DNA from: Vulcanimicrobiota bacterium
Lineage (GTDB): Bacteria; Vulcanimicrobiota; Vulcanimicrobiia; Vulcanimicrobiales; Vulcanimicrobiaceae
Length of the DNA stretch: 64,000 nucleotides
Direction of reading: 5' to 3'
Assembly: GCA_963812155.1 (NCBI GenBank)
Contig: CAWETW010000001.1
Span: 448,001-512,000, forward strand
The first letter of the stretch is position 1. Every line of letters starts with the position of its first letter. The notes beneath the pieces were generated by a model. That model was not told where the DNA came from. It saw only the letters and a list, made by a program, of their open reading frames with translations, and ran no database searches. Of the stretch, positions 12,538 to 22,538 are shown piece after piece. Position numbers and translations under genes: made by a program.

Positions 12538-12612
12538 TGCGCCCGGCCAGAATCGAACTGGCAACCTTGGGCTTAGGAGTCCCCTGCTCTATCCAGTTTG
12601 AGCTACGGGCGC
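12538..12612 (-). tRNA. tRNA-Arg(CCT) with imperfect anticodon stem; CCA not encoded
   Basis: GCGCCCG/CGGGCGC acceptor, GCTC/GAGC D stem, GGGGA-CTCCTAA-GCCCA, GCCAG-TTCGATT-CTGGC. Confidence 0.8.
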
Positions 12613-12631
12613 GCAGTGGATTCGCCTTATT

Positions 12632-12940
12632 TCATGCGGGTTTGCGCCGCATCGACCTCGTGAACGATCGCCCTCGAAACGCCCGCGGTTGCCAAACGGT
12701 TGCCGTGCGCTGCCAGGCATCTCTCGCCGAAGCATCAATTCTGACCGGTCGCACGGCGCGCCTCTGCTGCTGCGATCGCGTTGTCGATACCGGCGACCGC
12801 CCGCTGCCCGCGACGACGTGCCCGTAGACGTTCAAGGTTGTCGAGGCCGAGGAGTGCCCGAGCAACGCGGCGACCGTCCGAACGTCGATTCCGCCTCCTT
12901 GCGCACTCTTACGGCGATAGACGCTTCCCTGACCTAGCAC
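12632..12940 (-). pseudogene. C-terminal fragment of a tyrosine recombinase/integrase
   Basis: GIDVRTVAALLGHSSASTTLNVYGH (box II with catalytic Tyr); no upstream domains. Confidence 0.8.
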
Positions 12941-12985
12941 AAAAGAGGAGCCGCCCGTAATATTTGCGAGCGGCTCGATTTTTTT
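12941..12985. terminator. Probable bidirectional intrinsic terminator
   Basis: GAGCCGC...GCGGCTC stem flanked by A-run and T-run. Confidence 0.6.
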
Positions 12986-13028
12986 GCGACGCGAGCGATG
13001 AGAGCTTATTTGGTGCTAGTGCCAACCG

Positions 13029-14268
13029 TCACGGCGAAAGCGAGTAGACGGTGCCGATGCCGCCGCTTGAACCACCTGTACCACCAAGTTCGGTCGTGCC
13101 ATAGAGCGTGCCGTTCACGTTGGTGAGGCCGCCAGCCGGGTTCGCGCCGTCGGGGGAGCCGGCGAAGCTATAGAGCACGGTTTCCGTCCCCGAGGTCGTC
13201 ACGCTAAAGACCGCGCCGCTCCCGCTTGCCCCACCGTAATAGGTCGTGCCGTACAACGTATTCCCAACGTTGGTTAGGCCGGCGACCGGAGTTTCGCCAT
13301 CGGGGCTGTTCCCGAAGCTGTAAAGCAGGCTATACGCGCCGGAGGATGCTTTGATGCTGAAGACTGTGCCGAAACCATTTGCACCACCGGACGAGGTCGT
13401 TCCGTAGAGCCTACCGTTCACGTTGTTAAGGCTTCCGTACACTGGGGTCGCACCGTCGGTCGGTCCATCGGCAAAGCTGTGGAGTTGCCTATACATGCCG
13501 GAGGTTGTAATACTAAAGACCGTACCGCATCCCGAACTACCGCACCCTGCACCACCTGATTCGAGTCGTGCCGTACAGCGTGCCGTTTACATTGGTCAGG
13601 CCCGAAGACGGGCCGGCGCCGTCAGTCCCGCCGGCGAAGCTGTAGAGCACGGTTTCCGTGCCTTTCTTGGTGATCTTAAAGACGGTACCGGCTCCGTTCG
13701 CGCCACCTTGGGTGCTCGTGCCATAAAGCGTGCCGCCCACGTTGGTTAGGCCGGAATATGGGACTGCAGCGTCGCTTCCGCCGGCGAAGCTGTAGAGCAC
13801 CCTCGCCGCGCCGGACCCTGTGATCTTATAAACCGTCCCTTCGTTGTGTGTCCCACCTCTGGTAGTTGTGCCGAACAGCGTGACGTTCACGCTGGTCAGG
13901 CCCGCAAATGGGACCTTGGGTTGACCGCTGCCGCCAAAGGTGTGGAGCAGGCTGTACGTTCCGGAGGGCGTGATTGAAAAGACCGTGCCGGTGCCCGAGC
14001 CGCCGAATCTGGTCGTGCCATAGAGCGTTCCGTTTACGTCGGTCATAGTATCCCCTGGGATCGCGCCGTCGGGGCTGTCCGCGAAGCTATACAGCACGGT
14101 TTCCGTCCAGAGTGGACGCGCGTGCCGATTAGGCAGCGCAGGTCGCGATTGCAGCGAGGGCGTGAGCGACCCGGCGCCCGGAGCGAGATTCGATTGAGGC
14201 GTGCCGGAACAGCCCGCAAGAATAATGACCGTAAAGGCGACAACTGCGGCGCCTATTCGTGAGTGCAT
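13029..14268 (-). CDS. Secreted lipoprotein with GloVer/choice-of-anchor-type tandem repeats; one frameshift near 13562
   Basis: LAGC lipobox; repeats of ETVLYSF.G..DGA.P..GL..VNGTLYGTT..GG...GTVF; ORFs 13537-14268 and 13029-13496 join if one base is removed. Confidence 0.8.
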
Positions 14269-14626
14269 GTTTCGTCCGTTTAAGCACAACGACGCCGGGC
14301 CGCTTAAGGGTCCAATTGGGGAAACACGGTACGCTAACGATTTCATGAGATTTCCCTTCGGGGCTGAAGACCCGAGACGCACACGGCCGCAGCGTCCCCC
14401 GCTCATGTATCGATGATGCGGTTTCTGCATGATATCCGGAACGGACACTTGGACAACTGACTTGGACAAGTGGTGCTCTCGCCCGAGCCGACCGAGGCCG
14501 AGCCAGACTAGACTCGTTTACGCCAGCAGGCTCCTCGAACACGCATGCCTCGGTGCAGAAGCTCCCTTTTGAACATCAGGGTTCATCCGCTAACTCTCAA
14601 CTGATGAGACCCCTAAGAAGGTCCCA

Positions 14627-14929
14627 ATGCGCGGGACGCGCGTCCCGGCACGACGGTTAACTTCAACAGAGTTTCAACGCGTTCGCGAGTTCGATGGCGT
14701 TACCGCGACCGACTCGGCCGGCAATGCGTATACCTTTAAAGGCGTTGGCAACGCCCAAGTCGAGGTACCCAACGGCGGTACGCTGCACGGCGCAGGCGTC
14801 GGCAACATGACGATCGTGGGCAGTGGGCCGGACGCAGGCGTTAGCGTGCACTTCAACGCCGACATCAGCGTTGACGGTGGCGGTAATCTCTCCCTAACGT
14901 TCAATAAGCTCGACATCAACTGCCACTAA
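14627..14929 (+). CDS. Hypothetical beta-rich protein, probably 5'-truncated
   Basis: Coding-like 3' half followed by a strong terminator; weak N-terminus. Confidence 0.35.
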   Translation: MRGTRVPARRLTSTEFQRVREFDGVTATDSAGNAYTFKGVGNAQVEVPNGGTLHGAGVGNMTIVGSGPDAGVSVHFNADISVDGGGNLSLTFNKLDINCH

Positions 14930-14948
14930 GACACGGGTAGATTCACTG

Positions 14949-14983
14949 AAGGAGGTGCCGAATTCGTTCGGCGCCTCCTTTTT
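14949..14983 (+). terminator. Intrinsic terminator
   Basis: AAGGAGGTGCCGAA-TTCG-TTCGGCGCCTCCTT followed by TTT. Confidence 0.8.
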
Positions 14984-15110
14984 GCAACTAGCGGCTTGCG
15001 TCGCACACCGAATCAATCGGGGACGACCGCTTGGCTGCCCGCGGAAAAACCTCTACAATGACGGGACGGCCTGGTGAGGGCCGCTGGAGCATATCGCAGG
15101 AGGTTTACCC

Positions 15111-16148
15111 GTGAAACTTCTCTCCATTGTATTCGCACTAGCCGTGCCGGTCGTTGCCGGCTGTAGCGGGCAGGCGTTGAAGCAGCCGTCGCTTCCCGCG
15201 TTGCCGGTGCCGTCCATCGGCGCCGATGCCGCAGCGAAAATCGGGGCGAACGCAACGTCCCAGAATGTCTACTGGACGCTTTTCTACGCACGCCCGAATC
15301 CGCAGGTAGAGATTGCGAAGTTGCCCTTGAAAGCGACTTCGCAGGTTACGCGGATCGACGGGAATGGCGACAATCAATTCGTTTGCGCGAACGCTATCCG
15401 TTCGGTTGGATCGAAGCTGTGGGTGATGAACCTGTCGCCGTGCCATGCGTCCGACTCGAGCATCGTTCAGGTGTACTCGCTGCCCCTGACGACGCACAGC
15501 AAGCCGACCTTGACGTTCGTCCTCTCCGGCCCCGTCGACGGGGATCACATGACCTTCGACGCGTCGGGAAACCTGTGGGTCTCATCAGAAGGGAACAACA
15601 CCGTATACGAGTACACGGGACCCTTTACGTCGAGCGGTACGTTACAACCGGCAAAAAGGATCACCCTGGGACTCAAAACGCCGCAAGGCTTAGGTTTCGA
15701 TTCCAAAGGACGTCTGTTTGTCGCGAACACGGGAACGACTTCCGGCAAGAACGCGATCGCCATCTTCAAGCCACCGATTTCGAATAGTAACCCGCAGTTT
15801 TTGAAGGGCGTCATCGCGCCGAGCGGACTCATATTCGACCGCGACGGCAACCTCTACGTGTCGTCCAATGGAACGCCTGGTGGGATCGCGCAATACGCGA
15901 GCAATCATCTCACGGCGGGAGACTCCCCCTCCATTGTCGACTCGAAGGGCATCGCGCCCGGTGAGTTCGGAGCGGATCTGAATTTCGATAACGCCGGGAA
16001 TCTCTACGACGCCGATTGCGGCGACAAACCGGGCATTTATTCGTATCCGACGGCGACGAAACCGTTTAGTTCGACGCTGGCTCCCTCGTTCTATACGAAC
16101 AAGAGTATTAAATCAGTAGGCTGCGTCTGGGGAATCAGCATTCACTAA
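15111..16148 (+). CDS. Secreted NHL/SMP-30-like beta-propeller lipoprotein
   Basis: VAGC lipobox; FDASGNLWV, FDSKGRLFV, FDRDGNLYV, FDNAGNLYD repeats; AGGAGG SD. Confidence 0.75.
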   Translation: MKLLSIVFALAVPVVAGCSGQALKQPSLPALPVPSIGADAAAKIGANATSQNVYWTLFYARPNPQVEIAKLPLKATSQVTRIDGNGDNQFVCANAIRSVGSKLWVMNLSPCHASDSSIVQVYSLPLTTHSKPTLTFVLSGPVDGDHMTFDASGNLWVSSEGNNTVYEYTGPFTSSGTLQPAKRITLGLKTPQGLGFDSKGRLFVANTGTTSGKNAIAIFKPPISNSNPQFLKGVIAPSGLIFDRDGNLYVSSNGTPGGIAQYASNHLTAGDSPSIVDSKGIAPGEFGADLNFDNAGNLYDADCGDKPGIYSYPTATKPFSSTLAPSFYTNKSIKSVGCVWGISIH

Positions 16149-16232
16149 GAACACGGCGGCCATTGCTCCCGCCGCCGAGCCCAAGAGGATCTCGGGTTGT
16201 AAATCGTCGTGAGGAAAGGAATGTTGAGCCCC

Positions 16233-16841
16233 ATGAAGACCGAGAAAATCGCTCTTTTCGATCTCGATGGCAGTCTGGCCGACTTTGACGGTGCCATGCG
16301 GCGGGATTTACGACGAATGCGTTTCCCTGGTGAACCCGAGATCGCCGACGACACCAACTTACACGATCTCGAAGATCGGTTCGCGTATATAAAAGCGCGA
16401 ATGGATTTCATCAAATCGAAGCGTGGCTGGTGGCGCCAGCTCCCCCGCATCGATTCCGGGTTTGACATCGTGAGCAAGGCTCAAAGCATCGGCTACCATA
16501 TAGATATCCTCACGAAAGCCCCTCGTAAGCAGCCTCAAGCCTGGATGGAGAAGGTCGAATGGTGCGAGGTGCAGCCGGAACTAGCTCACGCCGACATTCA
16601 CCTCGCAATGAACAAAGGACTCGTCTACGGCAAGTTGTTGTTCGACGACTATCCGGACTTCATGACCCAATGGCTGCGCCACCGGCCACGCGGGCTCGGT
16701 ATTATGCCGGTGACGCCGTACAACGCCGATTATAGGCATCCGAACGTCGTGAAATTCGACGGCACCAATGTAGGAGCCGTCGTTTCTGCAATGCAGATCG
16801 CGTACGACCGTGACGAAAAAGAGCCGCTGCTCTTGTCGTAA
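16233..16841 (+). CDS. HAD-superfamily 5'(3')-deoxyribonucleotidase (NT5C-like)
   Basis: LFDLDGSLADF motif I, ILT, EK.EW, K.LV.G.LLFDD.P, PYN. Confidence 0.75.
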   Translation: MKTEKIALFDLDGSLADFDGAMRRDLRRMRFPGEPEIADDTNLHDLEDRFAYIKARMDFIKSKRGWWRQLPRIDSGFDIVSKAQSIGYHIDILTKAPRKQPQAWMEKVEWCEVQPELAHADIHLAMNKGLVYGKLLFDDYPDFMTQWLRHRPRGLGIMPVTPYNADYRHPNVVKFDGTNVGAVVSAMQIAYDRDEKEPLLLS

Positions 16842-16854
16842 AACGGGAGTGCGT

Positions 16855-17466
16855 CTAACAGTTATACGCGCTGAGAAAGGTTTGGAGATCCGAAATTTGC
16901 CCCGCATAGTAGAACGGGATGCGGCCGTAGCGAATGTCGTAGATCTGAAAAGCGCCGCCGTTTCTTAAAAGCAGCAGCGTGACGCTCCTTTTGGCCTGAG
17001 TGCCGCCAAAGGCGAACGTTATGGGGACGAAAGTGACCTCCCGGATCTGAGTCTCCGCCCCGGAGCGGGGCACGCTCAGATGGCCGACCGCCGGGAAGCC
17101 GACGGCAAACGACGTCGCCGGCGATGCGGCGCCCACGTACGGATCGAAGTTCGACATTTTGTCGATGCTTTGGCCGGGCGTCGTGTTGACGTAGAACTGA
17201 TATTTCTCGCCCTCGCTCTTGAAATACGACCCGCTGAGTTCGTCGTAGAGTTCCGGGTCGAAGAGCGTCTTGACTTGAGCGAAGTGTTTCTCGGGATGGC
17301 CGTGCTGCAAGAGATACCATTCGTAAAACTTCACCACGACGGCGGCCGCCCCCGACGTTTGTGGCGCCGCAGGCGCTTGGGCGGCAACCGCCGGCGCAGC
17401 GACACTCAGCAGAGCGGCGCAAACGAGGCTCGCACGACGCCCCGCCGCAATTGGCGAAAGACGCAT
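16855..17466 (-). CDS. Secreted hypothetical protein (DUF3828/YbjP-like)
   Basis: Signal peptide; VV.FY.WY, FDP, I.DI.Y. Confidence 0.5.
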   Translation of the reverse strand: MRLSPIAAGRRASLVCAALLSVAAPAVAAQAPAAPQTSGAAAVVVKFYEWYLLQHGHPEKHFAQVKTLFDPELYDELSGSYFKSEGEKYQFYVNTTPGQSIDKMSNFDPYVGAASPATSFAVGFPAVGHLSVPRSGAETQIREVTFVPITFAFGGTQAKRSVTLLLLRNGGAFQIYDIRYGRIPFYYAGQISDLQTFLSAYNC

Positions 17467-18053
17467 TAGAAGATCGCCACGGCAATCTGCACGCTCGTGA
17501 CGCGTGTTTTGGGCCATTGCACGGTATGCGCCGTCCACGTCGCCGTCGACCGATCCGTCTGGCCGATGATCCATCCGCTGCGGCGGCACGCGTAGTTCAG
17601 CCGTTCACCGTGGACCGCATCGGTCGCGCCGACCACGAAGACGCACGTGTCGCCGCTCGTGAGGCGCAAGCCCCACGGTTCGCCGCTTGGTTGAAGCATT
17701 TTGGCCGTTGGATCTTCCGCAACTTCGAGCGGGCTCTTTAGTGACAGGAGCACGACGGATTTCGAAAACGGGCTGACGGCGCACGCGACCACGCGCGTCT
17801 TCGACGGTCCGAAGCACGGATCGTATATCCCAATGCAGCGCCACGCATCCGGCCGGTCCGACGCGAGCGAGTGCGTCCAACACGAGCCGGCGACTCGCTG
17901 TGAGATCGTGTAGCCGGCCGCGAGCCTGCCTTCCGTCCAAGGACGAAAGACGACGACCGTCGTTCGCGCGGCGGCCGGCGCCGGCGACGACGCCATCAAT
18001 ACGATCGCAATCGAGCAGGCGAAACCGGCTATCCTGGAGACCACCAGCAGCAC
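17466..18053 (-). CDS. Secreted Cys-rich hypothetical protein
   Basis: Signal peptide; G.CW..S.A..R.DAWRC, IYDPCF, six mature-region Cys. Confidence 0.6.
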   Translation of the reverse strand: MLLVVSRIAGFACSIAIVLMASSPAPAAARTTVVVFRPWTEGRLAAGYTISQRVAGSCWTHSLASDRPDAWRCIGIYDPCFGPSKTRVVACAVSPFSKSVVLLSLKSPLEVAEDPTAKMLQPSGEPWGLRLTSGDTCVFVVGATDAVHGERLNYACRRSGWIIGQTDRSTATWTAHTVQWPKTRVTSVQIAVAIF

Positions 18054-18168
18054 CTCCTCAACGCGTTACGGAGCGGCCACGGCAATCGCTGCCGGCCGCT
18101 GATCTCGGATTCTTCGAACGCACGGTTCGTCCTAGACGGCTCGCGGTTTTGACGGTTAGGATTGGCTG

Positions 18169-19833
18169 GTGATTCGCTTGGCCTGCGCCGTCCTCTCCGC
18201 CATTCTCGTGGGAGCGATGCCTGCGACCGGGTTTTCGATCGACAAATCCCGCTACTTCTCCGGTCCGCAGGTCGAGCAGGACTCGCGCGCAGCGGCCATC
18301 GCAGCGGCGCGTGCGTTCACGCGTTCGGCGGCGCCGCGCACGCGGGATGGTTGGTACCAATGGCTGCAACGATACGATGCGCTGCTCGTGGAACTCGAAC
18401 GTCACGACGTCTACGTCTATCTGCGCGCCGAGGAGGACGATCGCGACGTGGCAGGCGCCGATGCCGACGCTGTTCTCGGGAACGTCGAGGAGGCCACGCA
18501 CGCCCGGGTGGTGCGTGCTGCCAAGGAGCTCGGCGCGCAGGGGATCGCGTCGCTCACGGCAAGCCGACGATTAGGACCTTTCCGGTTTCTGCTCGAGCGT
18601 GCACTGGAGGAGTCGAAGCATCGGTTGAGCCCCGCCGACGCGCGAGCCGTCGCAACGGCCGTGACGCCGGTACTCGACGCATCGGCGACGACCTACAAAG
18701 CAATGCGGAAGTCGGGCGATTCGATTGAAAGCCGGCAGGATGCATACGCGGCACTGCTGGTCGCGATCGCGTCGGCGAACAACGGCGTCGCCCGGCTGCG
18801 TGGCTTTGGCGGTGCGCCCGAAGCGTCGTACTTCGACAAAGCACTGTCGGGCGCGTCCGTCGAGCGCGTACTGGCAGCGGTTAAATCGTTGCCTGCCTAT
18901 GCGCGGTACCGTCAAGTGGCGAAAGCCGCGCCCACGCCGGCCTTCAGTCCGCCGCCCGTATCCCCGGCCGACGCCATCCCGCTGATTCTGGCTGCGGAGC
19001 AAGCAATGGGCGACGACTACGCCGGACAGTACGCCGCTTTGCTCGCGCCGGCAAACGGCCGCCTCGAGATCTGCACCGATCCGCATTGCGACCGCACCGG
19101 CTTTTCGATGGGCTTCTCGCGCGTGACGTCGGCGGTGTATTTCGGCAGCTACGACGGGAGCGCCGGCTCGGTGCGAGCGGTAGCGCACGAATCGGGGCAT
19201 GCGGTACACCGGCAGTTCATGAACCTCCATCAGCCGATTGCCGCCTACAACGAAGGCCCGCACTTCATGTTCGAGTCGTTTGCGATCTTCAACGAACTGC
19301 TGTTTTTGGACCATCTCTACCGGACCGCTGCCACGAACGCCGCACGCGCCTACTACCTCGACTATTTCCTCAAAGACGCGACGTTTCAGGTCTACGGATC
19401 GGCCGAGGAGACCGACCTGGAGAGTGCCATCTATCGCGGCGTCGCCGATCGTTCGCTTCGAACGGCCGCAGACTTCGACGCGCTCACGCGCGCCGTCTTT
19501 GCGAAATACGATCCCTCATCCGCGGACGACCCGGCGACCGCACTCTATTGGGCGCGCGACCGGCTTTTTTTCAGCGATCCGCTGTACGACGTCAACTATT
19601 TGTATGCAGGCCTGCTCTCGCTGAAGTATTTCGACGAATACGAGCGTGCGCCGGCGGATTTTTCCCGCCGCTACGTCGCCCTGCTCAAGAACGGATTCAA
19701 CGACACTCCCACGCATCTGGAAAAGCAGTTCCTCGGCATCGACCTCAACGACGAGGCGGGGCTGGTGCACGACGCCGGCCGATTGATCGACACGAAAACG
19801 GAAACGCTGGCGCAACTCTACGGCGTGCGCTAA
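18169..19833 (+). CDS. Secreted M3B-family oligoendopeptidase F-like metallopeptidase
   Basis: AHESGHAVH zinc motif, downstream E.....NE; signal peptide. Confidence 0.8.
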   Translation: MIRLACAVLSAILVGAMPATGFSIDKSRYFSGPQVEQDSRAAAIAAARAFTRSAAPRTRDGWYQWLQRYDALLVELERHDVYVYLRAEEDDRDVAGADADAVLGNVEEATHARVVRAAKELGAQGIASLTASRRLGPFRFLLERALEESKHRLSPADARAVATAVTPVLDASATTYKAMRKSGDSIESRQDAYAALLVAIASANNGVARLRGFGGAPEASYFDKALSGASVERVLAAVKSLPAYARYRQVAKAAPTPAFSPPPVSPADAIPLILAAEQAMGDDYAGQYAALLAPANGRLEICTDPHCDRTGFSMGFSRVTSAVYFGSYDGSAGSVRAVAHESGHAVHRQFMNLHQPIAAYNEGPHFMFESFAIFNELLFLDHLYRTAATNAARAYYLDYFLKDATFQVYGSAEETDLESAIYRGVADRSLRTAADFDALTRAVFAKYDPSSADDPATALYWARDRLFFSDPLYDVNYLYAGLLSLKYFDEYERAPADFSRRYVALLKNGFNDTPTHLEKQFLGIDLNDEAGLVHDAGRLIDTKTETLAQLYGVR

Positions 19834-19873
19834 AGCGAAGAGGCGACGCGATGAACGCCTCGCCTCTTCGCTT
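19833..19873. terminator. 14-bp hairpin between convergent genes
   Basis: AAGCGAAGAGGCGA / TCGCCTCTTCGCTT. Confidence 0.6.
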
Positions 19874-19890
19874 GGAACGGCAGGGTTGAG

Positions 19891-21300
19891 CTACTGGTCG
19901 TCGGGGGAATGGTAGTCGTCGGGCTGATGCAAGAAGTACTGCTTGTCGTACGGCGACTGGAATTGAACGAATTTGCGCGGCGGCTTGGTGAAGTCGAAGG
20001 CATCTTTTGCCGGCGAGATGGCGCGCCGGTCGCTGGCGGCGAGACGCTTCAGGTGAAACTGATCTTCGATAAATCTCAGGATGCTGCCGTGCTCGTAGTG
20101 AACGTGCGAAACGTAGCCCTGCTTGGCGTAAGGCGAGATGATCAGCATCGGAATGCGCATCCCGAGCCCGTCGTAGTCCACGTACTTCGGCGGATCGGGA
20201 TCGAACCAACCGCCATAATCGTCCCAAAAAATAAAGATTGCCGTCGAATTCCAGTATTGGGATTGACCGACCGCGTTGACGACTTGCGTCACCCACGAAG
20301 GACCACTCTTGGAGCCGCTTCCTGCGTGGTCGGAGTTGGCCCACGTCGGCGTTACCCAGCTGACAGTGCGCATGTTCCCATTCGAAACGTCGTTGAGAAA
20401 CTGCGAGGGCGGCGTAATGACGTCGTTTTTCCAGTCGGGCCCGTTACCGTTTTGGTAGATATGGTTAATGGCCTGATAGGCGCTCCAAATGTTTCCGACG
20501 TCGTTGGTGGAGGCGGCATAGAACGCCCAGGAGATCCCCGTCTTGTCGAGTTCGTCGCCGAGCGTCGTTGGATCCCAACAAACGACTTCGCTCCCGTTGG
20601 GGATCTGACGCTGCGGACCGACCTCGGAGATTTTGTCTCCGGAACCGCCGGGGCAGCCCCACGAACTGCTGGGGTAGTTTACGGCGCTCTCCGCCTGCCC
20701 GGAGATAATGTACTGGTGCGAGATGAAACTGCTCGCATCGAAGTTCGACGCGAACATCTTGTCGGCGAGCACGTACTGCCCCGCCATGTCGAAGTACGGC
20801 TGCACCTCGGTTTGCGGGACGTAGCTATACTGAGGGTCGGCGTTGGGACACTTCGGCTCTCCGAAGTGGCCGCAACCCGCATACTCGTTATTGAATCCGT
20901 TCATGCGACAGTTCGTTCCGGGAATGCTTCCGGTACCGTTGCATGCGGCAAAATACGAGTTCGACGAGTGGTCGATGTCCCAGGACGTTTCGAGTCCCAA
21001 GGGTTGAAGCGTAATTTTGTTTCCGTTAGAGTCGTAGCCGAACGTTGCGGTTTTTGCTCCCGGATACCCGTAAAACAAATTATTGAAGCTGCGGTTCTCT
21101 TGAACTACAATAACGATGTGCTGGATCTTGCCGCTGGTGGTGTGAGTGTGCACTCGTTCCGGCAAACCGAAATTCGGAGCCGAGAAAGACGCGGGAATAC
21201 CGGGCGACGAGGTCGAGCCGCCGTTGGCGCTACAGGCGCTCAGCGACAGCGCGGCCGCCGCCACCAGAGACACCCGAATCGCGCCTGAAGACAATCGCAT
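19891..21300 (-). CDS. Phospholipase C/phosphoesterase-family lipoprotein
   Basis: IQHIVIVVQENRSF, WDDYGGWFD, LGMRIPMLIISPYAK; LSAC lipobox. Confidence 0.88.
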   Translation of the reverse strand: MRLSSGAIRVSLVAAAALSLSACSANGGSTSSPGIPASFSAPNFGLPERVHTHTTSGKIQHIVIVVQENRSFNNLFYGYPGAKTATFGYDSNGNKITLQPLGLETSWDIDHSSNSYFAACNGTGSIPGTNCRMNGFNNEYAGCGHFGEPKCPNADPQYSYVPQTEVQPYFDMAGQYVLADKMFASNFDASSFISHQYIISGQAESAVNYPSSSWGCPGGSGDKISEVGPQRQIPNGSEVVCWDPTTLGDELDKTGISWAFYAASTNDVGNIWSAYQAINHIYQNGNGPDWKNDVITPPSQFLNDVSNGNMRTVSWVTPTWANSDHAGSGSKSGPSWVTQVVNAVGQSQYWNSTAIFIFWDDYGGWFDPDPPKYVDYDGLGMRIPMLIISPYAKQGYVSHVHYEHGSILRFIEDQFHLKRLAASDRRAISPAKDAFDFTKPPRKFVQFQSPYDKQYFLHQPDDYHSPDDQ

Positions 21301-21536
21301 AGGTAGACGTTCTCCTCTCGCAGCGTTGCAAGGTGGGTCGTTTATACGGAACCGATACCAAGTCCCATGGCGGAAGAATGACCGGCCGTCTGCTTGCTCG
21401 CTGTAGGCCGGCTTAAGGGAAGGGTCATGGATTTCGTCTGCGCGGCCTCACGCGAAGGCCGGACGGTCCGCGCCGCTTGGGCACACCGCCAAATGTCAGG
21501 AACTCAGAAATAATCGCGGTTCCCTCACGGCGGACT

Positions 21537-22538
21537 TTATTGGATCAACTGTACGTCACCGAACTCGTGATAGCGGTAGCCACTTTCAGCGGCTTTCGCG
21601 TATGCGTCTTGAAGAAGGTCGGCATCGACGAAGGCATGCAGCAGCGAAATATGCGTCGCATTTGCGTCGTGGAAACCGGATAGCAATACATCGACGGCTC
21701 TCGGTCGATACGTTTCGCCGATAACGAGATCGGTCCAACCGCTCGTGGCGACCACGCCCTCGTCCGTCGCGGCACTCTCGAGCGCTCGGACCACGGTTGT
21801 TCCGATCGCGATCACTCGACGGCCGTTTCGTCGTGCGTTTTCAACACGCTCCGCCGTAGCATGCGAGACCGTAAAACGTTCGGGTGCCGGGCGTTCGAAA
21901 GCCTCGAAGCTGGACACTCCGCAGTGCAGCGTGACGCTCGCGATTTCCATGCCGCGAGCGCATAGCTCGGTCACGACGGATTTCGTAAAAGGGCGCGCTG
22001 CGGAGGGCATCTCGGAGGACCCCATCTCACGAGCAAACACAGTTTGATAATCTCGTAGGGGAAAACTCCGGCGGAGATATCCGTAGCTAATCGGCGTTCC
22101 GAACTCGGCGAGGTACGCGTACATCGGGGCATTGAGCCGAAATGTCCCGTACCACAAACGCGGTTGTCGCGGCTCGACCGGCGCAATCATCGCGGCCGTG
22201 GCACCGCCCGGGAGTGTTAGCGTTTCACCAACAGCGACCCGCCCGCGCGGCTCGACCATCCACAGCCGCTCGTCGATCTTCGTGCTCACGTGAAGGGGAA
22301 TTGCGTCGCCGTTGCCTTGCCGCGCGAGGATCGAGGCAGGCAACGTTGCTGAATCGTTGACGACGAGCAGATCTCCGGCGCGCAGCAGCCTCGGCAGATC
22401 GCTAAAATGCGCGTGCGTATGCGAGCGCTTCTTCCGGTCGGTCACGAGCATCCGTACGCCGTCGCGCGCTACGCCCCGGTATTCGGGCGGCTCTGTCGCC
22501 TCAATCAAGCCGCGCGAAAGCATTTGTGCAGCCCTCAC
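21537..22538 (-). CDS. QueA-like protein (SAM:tRNA ribosyltransferase-isomerase paralogue)
   Basis: GDLLVVNDS, YQTVFA...GS.E.P.A, TLH.G, IAIGTT.VRALES, GFH, EFGD. Confidence 0.85.
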   Translation of the reverse strand: MRAAQMLSRGLIEATEPPEYRGVARDGVRMLVTDRKKRSHTHAHFSDLPRLLRAGDLLVVNDSATLPASILARQGNGDAIPLHVSTKIDERLWMVEPRGRVAVGETLTLPGGATAAMIAPVEPRQPRLWYGTFRLNAPMYAYLAEFGTPISYGYLRRSFPLRDYQTVFAREMGSSEMPSAARPFTKSVVTELCARGMEIASVTLHCGVSSFEAFERPAPERFTVSHATAERVENARRNGRRVIAIGTTVVRALESAATDEGVVATSGWTDLVIGETYRPRAVDVLLSGFHDANATHISLLHAFVDADLLQDAYAKAAESGYRYHEFGDVQLIQ

